Shown one piece after another: positions 20,008 through 27,761 of a stretch of 39,174 bases of DNA. The translations under genes were made by a program, and so were the position numbers. The number at the start of each line of letters is the position of its first letter. Position 1 is the stretch's first letter. The notes beneath the pieces are model-generated. The model saw only the letters and a program-made list of their open reading frames with translations. It did no database searches and had not been told where the DNA came from. The stretch is from Acidobacteriota bacterium (lineage in GTDB: Bacteria; Acidobacteriota; Terriglobia; Bryobacterales; JACQDG01), in the NCBI GenBank assembly GCA_016201185.1, contig JACQDG010000156.1, positions 1-39,174 on the forward strand. The letters are read 5' to 3'.

Positions 20008-21369
20008 ATGAGCCTGGTTCGCACCAGCTACATTTCACTTCTGGCGGTGTGGGCGGAAAGCGCCGTGGCTTGCCTGCTGATGGGGGGCGGGACTCTGCTT
20101 GCCGCTGAGGCCCCCCAAAGCAGCGCCTTGACATCGGAGGCCTCCAAGTTTACCGGGCCGGGTTCGTGCAGCTCCACCAGTTGCCATGGTGGCGTGCAGC
20201 CCCGGGCGGAAACCTCCGTTCGGCAAAATGAGTACAGCCTCTGGGTAGTGCGGGACAAACATGCCCACGCCTTTGCTGTGCTCTCGAATCCGGTTGGGAC
20301 ACGGATGGCTCGTATTCTGGGGCTGCCTCGGGCAGACACTGCTGAGAAGTGCCTGGCCTGTCACGCCCTGAATCCTCCTCCGGACCAGCGCGCCAAGACC
20401 TTCTCCGACCTCACCGACGGGGTAAGCTGTGAAGCCTGTCATGGGCCGGCGTCCAACTGGCTGGGCCCGCATACCACCCGCGGCTGGGCTTACGAGAAGT
20501 CGCTCCAAGCAGGCATGTACAATACCCGCGACCTGATCAAACGGAGCGAGAAGTGTCTCTCCTGCCATTTGGGCAATGAGGAAAAGTTTGTCGATCACGA
20601 GATGATTGCGGCCGGCCACCCCGACCTGTATTTCGAACTGGACTCCTTTTCGGCGGCGATGCCCCGGCATTGGAAAGAGCCGCTGGACAAGGATCCCTGG
20701 CTGGGGGTGCGAACGTTGGGCACGGGGCAGGCGGTGCAATTGCGGGAGCATCTGAGGCGCGTAGCCCGGCGGGCTCAGGGAAGCATCTGGCCGGAATTCT
20801 CCGAACTGCAATGCTTCGCCTGTCATCATGATTTGACGGCCGCGAAAGACAGTTGGAGGCAGGAACGTGGCTATCCGGGGCGGCGTCCGGGCGACCCGCC
20901 GTTCAATATGTCCCGCTATTCTATTTTCCGTCAGGTGGTTTACGAAGTGGACCGGCAGGAGGGCGGCCAGCTCGATTCCCAGCTCAACAAGCTGTTTGGC
21001 CTGATGAGTGAGCTCTCGGCCGACCGCAAGCAGGTCGTGGCTGCGGCCGAGAGTTCAGCCGAACTGGCTGACCGGCTGGCTCGCCGGATCGCCTCACTGC
21101 AATTCGACCAGGGGATGACCATGCGTTTGCTCAAAAGCATTTCCGGCGACGCTGACTACATCGCAGGGCAAGGTGAGCGGTCGGCCGAGCAGGCAGCCAT
21201 GGCGCTGGATTCTCTTTTCATCGCTTACATCCAGAGCGCGAAAATGGGAAACGAGCAGCAAGTCCGAGCGGCCATTAACTCCCTTTTCCAGGAACTGTCG
21301 AATCCTTCCGCCTATAATGCTTACACTTTCGCCCGTGAGGTGCATAAGTTGAATGCTTTGCTGCCGTAG
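20008..21369 (+). CDS. Secreted multiheme cytochrome c (cytochrome c554-family-like; 4 CXXCH plus 1 CX4CH) with a helical C-terminal domain of unknown function
   Basis: Signal peptide (LLAVWAESAVACLLMGGGTLLAAEA). Heme motifs CSSTSCH, CLACH, CEACH, CLSCH and CFACH. W..RDKHAHAF after the first motif resembles the c554-family layout. The last roughly 170 aa contain no Cys or heme motifs. Confidence 0.7.
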   Translation: MSLVRTSYISLLAVWAESAVACLLMGGGTLLAAEAPQSSALTSEASKFTGPGSCSSTSCHGGVQPRAETSVRQNEYSLWVVRDKHAHAFAVLSNPVGTRMARILGLPRADTAEKCLACHALNPPPDQRAKTFSDLTDGVSCEACHGPASNWLGPHTTRGWAYEKSLQAGMYNTRDLIKRSEKCLSCHLGNEEKFVDHEMIAAGHPDLYFELDSFSAAMPRHWKEPLDKDPWLGVRTLGTGQAVQLREHLRRVARRAQGSIWPEFSELQCFACHHDLTAAKDSWRQERGYPGRRPGDPPFNMSRYSIFRQVVYEVDRQEGGQLDSQLNKLFGLMSELSADRKQVVAAAESSAELADRLARRIASLQFDQGMTMRLLKSISGDADYIAGQGERSAEQAAMALDSLFIAYIQSAKMGNEQQVRAAINSLFQELSNPSAYNAYTFAREVHKLNALLP

Positions 21370-21386
21370 CCCCCGGCGCTAAACCC

Positions 21387-23009
21387 ATGCCCAGGGACCA
21401 TAACAAGTCGCGTTCCCGGAGGGCCATCCTGGCGATCCGTAACCTTATCATGCTGGTCTTGGTGGCGGCTGCCTCGCTAATCTGGGGGAACGGCCGCGGG
21501 GCCGACTCCGATCGCGCCATCCCGACCGTGCGCTTCCCACGCGTTCACCACGTCCCGCGAGCCCCCCACTTCAACAATTTCGACCCTCGCCCGATCCTGA
21601 CTGCCGGCGACGTGCAATCCGTTGTTCAACGCGCGGCCGAATCGCTGGATTCCACCGCCATGGTCATCGCCGTGACGGATCGCCAGGGCGACGTCCTGGC
21701 GCTATATCGGAAGCCTGGCGCCCCCCCAACGGCCGTGGGCAACTTCAGCATGATGGTTGACACCAACGAGCTGGCCGTTGCTTTAGCCCGTACGGCGTCG
21801 TTTTTCAGCAACAACCAGGCGCCCCTTTCCACGCGCACGGTTCGTTTCATCAGCGGCATTCATTTCCCTCCCGGGATTCCTTTCACCCCAAACGCGGCCC
21901 TCTACGGTATTGAGAATACCAACCGGGGCTGTCCGGTGAATGCCGATTTCATCCCGGGCCAGGAGGTTCCTCCCGCCCGTACCATCGACAGGACGCGGCC
22001 GGGGCTGGGAATCATTACCGGCAAAGCAGACCTGAACGACAGCGACAGCAACGCGGTGAATCCCGGAGGGGTCCCGCTGTTCAAGCAAGGGCAGTTGGTA
22101 GGCGGGGTCGGGGTTGCCGGCGTCTCTCCTAACCTGGTTGAATATGCCGCGTTTTCCGGCGCGGCCCGTGCGGGATTCGAGCCTTCGCCGGCGCCGCCCG
22201 AAGTGGTGATTATCGACGGTCTCGCCTTGCCTTTCGTCGATCAGAAAGCACAGCCTGCGGGAACAGGACCGGGGGCATTCGATGCCGCAAACTTCCTGAT
22301 CCCCCCGCGCGGCAGTCCCAAGCCGGCTCCGGAGGGCGACCTGGTAGCGCCCAAAGCCGGCCCCTTGGGTGGCCTGACGGCAGAAGAGGTCCGCCACATT
22401 ATTGATGCGGCAGTGGCAACAGCCGATCAGACACGGGGCGTGATCCGGCTGCCGCTGGGCTCGCGCGCTCGGATGGCGATAGCGGTCGCGGATCTGGACG
22501 GTACGATCCTGGCGTTGCACCGGATGCCGGATGCAACCATTTTCAGTATTGATGTGGCGGTGGCCAAGTCACGCAACGTGATTTACTTCAGCAGCGCGCA
22601 GCGCAGGCCGGAGGACCTCCCGGGCGTCCCCATGGGCACGGCGGTCAACAACAGGACCATCAGTTTCGGGGCGCAACCTCTCTTTCCGCCGGGCATTAAC
22701 TTCAGCCAGCCGGGGCCATTTTTTGATCTCTACAAATGGGATACGGCCAATCCTTGTACGCAAGGCTTTCAGGCTCCCAATTCCAACCAAAGCGGAATCG
22801 TATTTTTCCCGGGCAGTCTTCCGCTTTACAGGAATGCGGTGCTGGTGGGCGGGCTGGGCGTCAGCGGCGATGGAGTGGAACAGGACGACTTTGTCACCGC
22901 CGGCGCGGCGCAAGGCCTGGACGCTCCCGAGTCGATCCGGGCGGACCAGATCATAATCCGGGGAGTGCGACTCCCCTACCTGAAATTCCCTCGCAATCCG
23001 ACCCAATGA
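21387..23009 (+). CDS. Membrane-anchored or secreted protein with two tandem GlcG/HbpS-like (DUF336, heme-binding/degrading-like) domains
   Basis: N-terminal anchor AIRNLIMLVLVAAASLIW. Module 1: LTAGDVQSVVQRAAE...MVIAVTDRQGDVLALYR...GGVPLFKQGQLVGGVGVAGV. Module 2: LTAEEVRHIIDAAVA...IAVADLDGTILALHR...IDVAVAKSRN...GSLPLYRNAVLVGGLGVSGDGVEQDD. It starts 18 nt after the cytochrome stop. Confidence 0.6.
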   Translation: MPRDHNKSRSRRAILAIRNLIMLVLVAAASLIWGNGRGADSDRAIPTVRFPRVHHVPRAPHFNNFDPRPILTAGDVQSVVQRAAESLDSTAMVIAVTDRQGDVLALYRKPGAPPTAVGNFSMMVDTNELAVALARTASFFSNNQAPLSTRTVRFISGIHFPPGIPFTPNAALYGIENTNRGCPVNADFIPGQEVPPARTIDRTRPGLGIITGKADLNDSDSNAVNPGGVPLFKQGQLVGGVGVAGVSPNLVEYAAFSGAARAGFEPSPAPPEVVIIDGLALPFVDQKAQPAGTGPGAFDAANFLIPPRGSPKPAPEGDLVAPKAGPLGGLTAEEVRHIIDAAVATADQTRGVIRLPLGSRARMAIAVADLDGTILALHRMPDATIFSIDVAVAKSRNVIYFSSAQRRPEDLPGVPMGTAVNNRTISFGAQPLFPPGINFSQPGPFFDLYKWDTANPCTQGFQAPNSNQSGIVFFPGSLPLYRNAVLVGGLGVSGDGVEQDDFVTAGAAQGLDAPESIRADQIIIRGVRLPYLKFPRNPTQ

Positions 23010-23014
23010 AAATA

Positions 23015-23836
23015 TCAGAACTCGAGGTGCATGCCTTCGTAGGCCCCTTCGACACTGGCCAGCTCCTGCTGCCCTCGAGCCACCAGGCCATCAACAAAAC
23101 TGTCGTCGTGGTCGGGGTCGTGGTGAAATAGAAGCAGTTTTTTTACTCCGCTTTCACGCGCGATGCGGGTTCCCTCCAGCCAGCTACTGTGCCCCCAACC
23201 TTTCTTCTCCCCCTGCAATTGCTCGGGCGTGTACTGAGCATCGTAGACTAGCACATCCGCATCGCGGGCGAGTTCGCGCACTTTCTGGTCATGCGTAGGC
23301 GACCCCGGCTCCGTGTCGGTGGCCAGAACCAACACGACGCCGTCGGCCTCAATCCTGTAACCGGTACATCCCTGCGGATGATTCATCGGTGCAGTGCTGA
23401 TCACCGCGCCATTTACCTCAATAGGCTCCGGTCCTAGATCATAGAAGTTCCGCACGGATTGCATGGCCCTCATGTCGACAGGAAAGAATGGATCTGCCAT
23501 TTGGCCTTCAATCGCAGCTTTCAGCTTCATTCGACTTTGTTTGCGGGTGTGGAACAGGAAGGAGTTCCCTTTTCTGTAAAGCGGAGTGAAAAAGGGTATA
23601 CCCTGCATATGATCCCAGTGGAAATGGGTAACGAAAATGTAACCACCGATCGGCCGCTCGCCGAATTCCTGCGCCAAGCTCTTGCCGAGGCTCCGAAAAC
23701 CACTCCCGCAGTCTAAGACGAGCAGGGTCCCGTTCGCCAGCCTCACCTCAATACATGCGGTGTTACCGCCGTAACGTGCGTTCCGCGGCTCCGGGGTGGG
23801 AGTGGAGCCCCGGACGCCCCAAAACTTGACAGTCAT
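23015..23836 (-). CDS. MBL-fold metallo-hydrolase
   Basis: FWGVRGS.P......YGGNTACIEV...LVLDCGSG followed by the HxHxDH variant THFHWDHMQG. Confidence 0.75.
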   Translation of the reverse strand: MTVKFWGVRGSTPTPEPRNARYGGNTACIEVRLANGTLLVLDCGSGFRSLGKSLAQEFGERPIGGYIFVTHFHWDHMQGIPFFTPLYRKGNSFLFHTRKQSRMKLKAAIEGQMADPFFPVDMRAMQSVRNFYDLGPEPIEVNGAVISTAPMNHPQGCTGYRIEADGVVLVLATDTEPGSPTHDQKVRELARDADVLVYDAQYTPEQLQGEKKGWGHSSWLEGTRIARESGVKKLLLFHHDPDHDDSFVDGLVARGQQELASVEGAYEGMHLEF

Positions 23837-23884
23837 TTTCGCCCCGCACGAAGCCCCCGCCCAAATCCCATACTGGACCGAATC

Positions 23885-23913
23885 ATTTTGGCGTAAGCGA
23901 ACGGCCGTGTCAA
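23885..23913 (-). promoter_or_regulatory. Candidate sigma70-type promoter for the MBL-fold hydrolase gene (-35 TTGACA, 17-bp spacer, -10 CAAAAT on the minus strand)
   Basis: On the plus strand, TGTCAA at 23908..23913 and ATTTTG at 23885..23890. The site is about 50 nt upstream of the ATG at 23836. Confidence 0.4.
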
Positions 23914-23977
23914 TGTTTGCCGGCGCTATCCTCCTAACTCAAGCCGCGAACCCGCTGCGGCTTTCGGCATTCGCCAG

Positions 23978-26900
23978 CTATCGTACGGCGATGGTAACCG
24001 GGGCGCTGAGCTGCCCGGCGACGCTAAGCTGGACCTCGACCGCATCCCCAGGCGTCACGCCGGCGGGCACAAAGACGTTGACCTGGTATAAGCCGGCGAA
24101 GCTTGGCGTCAGCCCGGCAAAGAGGAGTTGCGCGGGAACCTTTCCGATGGTCACCGCAACCGGATTCACAGCCGTTGAGAGCGGCGATAGGCGCGCCGCC
24201 GCGCCGGCCGCGACCGGCGGATCCACCGCACCCAGTCCCGTACAGTAAATCACGATGGCGTCCCCAGACTTGGCGGGATTACCGGGCTCCACGAGGCGAT
24301 TTTGGAGATCCACGATCACACCCTGCCCCGTCCCCATCTGGTTCTTGGCGAAAATGCCTGGCGAAGCCGGCGCTATCGTCAGCGAGAGCGGCGTTGTGGC
24401 CGCGGTTCCCATTTGGACAAACATCGACAGCCGCGTATTCACCGGAATGTCATAGGGAATCTGCGCATTGATCTGTCCGGCCAGGGTGACCAGCAGCGGC
24501 AATGGCTCGCCCCGAATCACCGCTAGACTGCCGGCAAGTTGCGTCGGTAGAGGCAGAGAGGGAGCGTACGCCGTGTTACTGGCAAGACTGGCGCCAAACA
24601 GCGAGATCAGGCTGCCAGGCGCCAGCGGCGCCTGCGGCGCGAAACTGGCTGCGTTCACCACTCCCCCGAGCAGCGGAGGTTCCGGGTTCGGTTGCACCCC
24701 GCCGACCGCCTGAACCGTCGCGATGATGGCTGGCGGCACGCTGGCCGTCACCGTAATGGTGACCGCGGAGGACACCGACTGCGCCGGCCACGTGGCGCCC
24801 CAGCGACCGTCCCCCAGAGACGTCAGGTTCAGCGGGGGATCACCGTTCGAGAATGTCGCCACCACCGAGCCAGTGGTAATCAGATTGGCGCAGTCGTCCA
24901 CCACTTTCACTTCGATCGGGGTCGGCCATTTGGCCGGCACGTTGAAGTTAGACCCGTTGTAATTCGTCCCCAGTTGCGTGAATAAGGGAACCAGTTTTGT
25001 GGGCGTGCAGGCGGCCGCCTCAACGATGGGCAAAGCTTTTGCCGCCGGCGCAGCGGCGCCAGGCGCCACCACCAGCAACAACAAGTTGACCGTTTGGGCC
25101 GTGCCGTCTGAAAACAACAGCAGCAACGCTCCCTGGCGGACGTCCGGGCCCAAACCTGTGATATCGGGTTGCACCACGACTTGCGCGGGCGGGCCCTCCA
25201 TCACCGTGACGGTGGCGGTAGCATCGCCCAAAATGGCCTGCGCCGCAGTGACGCTCAACGTGCTCGTCAGGTTGTTGACCTGTACGCTCTGTGCGCTAGG
25301 CGAGGCCCCGCCGGCCACTGCCGTAAATAGCAGTCCGGTCGGCTGCAAATCGACAGCAAGCTGGCTCCCGGCGGCCAATACCTTTAAGACCACCGTCACG
25401 AACTGTGGTGAATTCTGGGAATCCGGCGCCGAGATCTGAATTGAGCCATAGTAAACACCATCGTCCAAACCAGCGGGAAGAATGCTGACCTCGACCGGCG
25501 GAACAGGCGAAGAGGGATCGGTCGAGCCGCTCGACGGCGACACCGAAAGCCAATCGCCTCCCGAAGATGTAGAAGCTTGCGCCGTCCACGGGAGCACACT
25601 ATGGCCCGTGGTGGCCACACCAAAACTCTGCGTCCCGCCGGCCGTCCCGCCCTCCACCGCCGTAAAGGTCAGCCCCGTTTCTGTCAGCGCGAGTTGAGGC
25701 TGCTGGCCGAGGATCAGCACGACCACCCTTACCTTCGTGCCGTTGATTGTGACCGAGCCCGAATAGACGCCGGAGCTCAGGCCGGTTGGATCTACCAGGA
25801 CCGATAACGTTGTGGCAGCTAGCGGGTTGACCACGCCCTGAGTAGGCGAACCGCTCAGCCAGTTGCCGCCATCCTCAGTGGCCGCAACGGCGGTGAAGGC
25901 GACAGAGCCGCCGGAGGCAGTAAGCACGAGCGGCTGGCCGGCGGGACTGGCGCCTGGCAAGAAGCTGAAGTTGAGCACTGGCGGCTGCACGTTCAAAGTG
26001 GGCTGTGATGGGGCGGGGCTGACCGTAAAGATCACCACGACCGTTTGCGTGGGGGGAGTGGTTCCTCGCCCCGTGATGGTGATGGTCCCCTGGTGCGTCC
26101 CCGCGGCCAGGGAGCCAGGGTTTGCCGTGATGAGGATCAGCGCCGGCGTGATGGCGTTGCTCTCGGTGGCGCTAAGCCATGTTCCTCCCGTGGTGGTGCT
26201 GATCGAGATTGTCACGGGGACGCCAGCGAACGAACTAACGATGCTGATGTTCTGCCCAGACGGCGCGGCGCCGCTGCTCTGACCGGCGAAAGAAAGCTGC
26301 AACGGCGAGACGGCCAGCTTGGCGGCTTCGACCACCTGCGCCAATGCTTCCGAAGTCACCCCCTGGAAGCTCGCGTCGCCGCTGTATATGGCGGTAATAG
26401 AGTGCGTACCCGGATCCAGTTGCACGGTCGTCAGCGTGGCCACCCCCGCCGGGCTCAAATCGGCCGGTGGGCCAAGTGCAACGCTACCATCCTTAAAGGT
26501 CACCGTACCGGTCGGCGTGCCGGAGCCACTTACCGTGCCGGTAAAGGTCACCGATTGGGCAAAAACTGACGGGTTCTGCGAAGAGGTCAAAGTGATCGCC
26601 GCGCGCGACTTGTCACCAGTCTCAACACGGCTAATGGTCAGGGATCCGCTGCCATTAATGCTAACTTGCAGTTGTATGCTCTGGATGGCTGTGAAATCTG
26701 CCCCTTTGCCGGATGTAATCACGAAACTCGAAAACGGGAAAACAAGATCGCTAGAAAAAGGCGTAGGCATTCGGGAAATAGATGAAGATCCCGCGGCGCT
26801 ACTCACCGTGATCATTAGAGTGGACTGAACAGTCGACGAAACTCCACTTGCAACAAAAGTCTTCTGGCCGCTGAGGTCTAGCGCGAGTTGGCCGGCCGTC

Positions 26901-27247
26901 TGGGCCGTGCCATCCACTGTCCCATCCCACGTGATCACAACAGAGCTGGACTGTATCGCGTCGGAACGCAAGACAAGCTGGCCCTGACCAGACGCTGCCG
27001 TCGCTTGACCCTGCGAAGAAGATGGTCCGGCAGTGAGCAGCATGTAACGCGCTCCGCCTACCGCCTCCGGAGCCGCAATCTCTGACGCAACCGAACCATT
27101 TGAGAAACTAAGCGATTGGGAGGTCTGAAAGGAATCAATAACTACCCCCCCCTGAGCGCTTCCCGACCCAGCCAGGACCAATGCATACAGGAGCAATATC
27201 CCCGCCCGACCACGATCCCACAAAGCTGATTTCAACGGTAGATCCAT
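23978..27247 (-). CDS. Large secreted Ig-like-repeat surface protein with a Solibacter-type C-terminal domain (TIGR03437-like, from memory)
   Basis: Signal peptide (GILLLYALVLAGSGSAQG). Ser/Thr/Gly/Ala/Val-rich Ig-like repeats, for example LTSSQNPSVFAQSVTFTGTV...GTVTFKDGS...HSITAIYSGDASF. The C-terminal 230 aa (VVNAASF...LAPGSLISLFG...PLPTQLAG...QINAQIPY...SPGIF...GQGVI...GDAIVIYCTGLG...FAGLTPSFAGLYQVNVFVP...VTIAV) match the Solibacter C-terminal domain pattern. I chose the start at the ATG at 27247 (MDLPLKS). Confidence 0.7.
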   Translation of the reverse strand: MDLPLKSALWDRGRAGILLLYALVLAGSGSAQGGVVIDSFQTSQSLSFSNGSVASEIAAPEAVGGARYMLLTAGPSSSQGQATAASGQGQLVLRSDAIQSSSVVITWDGTVDGTAQTAGQLALDLSGQKTFVASGVSSTVQSTLMITVSSAAGSSSISRMPTPFSSDLVFPFSSFVITSGKGADFTAIQSIQLQVSINGSGSLTISRVETGDKSRAAITLTSSQNPSVFAQSVTFTGTVSGSGTPTGTVTFKDGSVALGPPADLSPAGVATLTTVQLDPGTHSITAIYSGDASFQGVTSEALAQVVEAAKLAVSPLQLSFAGQSSGAAPSGQNISIVSSFAGVPVTISISTTTGGTWLSATESNAITPALILITANPGSLAAGTHQGTITITGRGTTPPTQTVVVIFTVSPAPSQPTLNVQPPVLNFSFLPGASPAGQPLVLTASGGSVAFTAVAATEDGGNWLSGSPTQGVVNPLAATTLSVLVDPTGLSSGVYSGSVTINGTKVRVVVLILGQQPQLALTETGLTFTAVEGGTAGGTQSFGVATTGHSVLPWTAQASTSSGGDWLSVSPSSGSTDPSSPVPPVEVSILPAGLDDGVYYGSIQISAPDSQNSPQFVTVVLKVLAAGSQLAVDLQPTGLLFTAVAGGASPSAQSVQVNNLTSTLSVTAAQAILGDATATVTVMEGPPAQVVVQPDITGLGPDVRQGALLLLFSDGTAQTVNLLLLVVAPGAAAPAAKALPIVEAAACTPTKLVPLFTQLGTNYNGSNFNVPAKWPTPIEVKVVDDCANLITTGSVVATFSNGDPPLNLTSLGDGRWGATWPAQSVSSAVTITVTASVPPAIIATVQAVGGVQPNPEPPLLGGVVNAASFAPQAPLAPGSLISLFGASLASNTAYAPSLPLPTQLAGSLAVIRGEPLPLLVTLAGQINAQIPYDIPVNTRLSMFVQMGTAATTPLSLTIAPASPGIFAKNQMGTGQGVIVDLQNRLVEPGNPAKSGDAIVIYCTGLGAVDPPVAAGAAARLSPLSTAVNPVAVTIGKVPAQLLFAGLTPSFAGLYQVNVFVPAGVTPGDAVEVQLSVAGQLSAPVTIAVR

Positions 27248-27719
27248 TTCAATCGTCTTCTTATAAACCGAGAGGAGGCGGGATAACCGGCGTTCGGATC
27301 GGGCGAAAAGCCATAAGGGGAGATGGCGCAAATGCCATAGACCGCTATGCTGCAAGCTCTCATCCACCCCCTGCGCGGTATGAACCTTAGGCCATTGCTG
27401 GATCCCAGACCAGTCACTCTACCATAAGCCCAGGGTGCGAGAATGATACAGAATTTCCTTCGTCGGCCTAACGACCAGATCGTCGGAAAAGGCGCACGCT
27501 GCTCTCCGGACGCGTGATGAGGGCAGAAAACCTGGCTTAGATCTTCACAGACCATTGCAATTTTACGTGCCTTTGCCTGCCCAGTCAAGGCCCATTCTTC
27601 CTATTCTTCCAGGAGCTTCCAGATGCAAAGAAACAGAGAAGTGCCGGTCTGTTTTGCCCATAGCAATGCCGGGAAGCGGGCGGCCGCGCTGAAGGAGCGA
27701 TGCCAAAGCCACCGGATCG

Positions 27720-27745
27720 ATATTACAACGGGATCCATATTACAA
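27720..27745. repeat. AT-rich 9-bp direct repeat (ATATTACAA x2, starts 17 bp apart) immediately upstream of the TonB-dependent receptor gene; the second copy contains a -10-like TACAAT
   Basis: Copies at 27720..27728 and 27737..27745, with TACAAT at 27741..27746. The ORF's GTG is at 27753 and the ATG at 27762. Confidence 0.6.
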
Positions 27746-27761
27746 TGCGTAGGTGCTGCAG

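Noticed and set aside
20035-20829. 264-aa minus-strand ORF. The same reasoning applies to 21783..22520, 12231..12974, 8233..8775, 8851..9495, 28056..28646 and 14391..15041.
   Set aside because: All are antisense to genes with clear motif content (cytochromes, DUF336 protein, glucosidase, receptor). None has recognisable motifs or an RBS.
23015-23836. The idea that the MBL-fold hydrolase is a class II cyclic-nucleotide phosphodiesterase linked to the cNMP-binding Fe-S protein
   Set aside because: Only the generic HxHxDH metal motif is visible. The gene is on its own promoter, and two genes and a strand switch separate it from the operon. Nothing in the sequence is specific for PDE activity.
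23935-23977. Hairpin AAGCCGC-N9-GCGGCTT just downstream of the Ig-like protein stop (minus strand), as an intrinsic terminator
   Set aside because: It has a 7-bp stem with a 9-nt loop and no following T-run, so confidence is too low to list as a feature.
27600-27720. Possible riboswitch (cobalamin or TPP) in the long region upstream of the TonB-dependent receptor
   Set aside because: I found no B12-box or AGGGAA..GGTG..AATCC core, and no TPP CUGAGA/ACCUGAUCUGGAUAAUGCCAGCG elements. GC-rich segments alone are not evidence.
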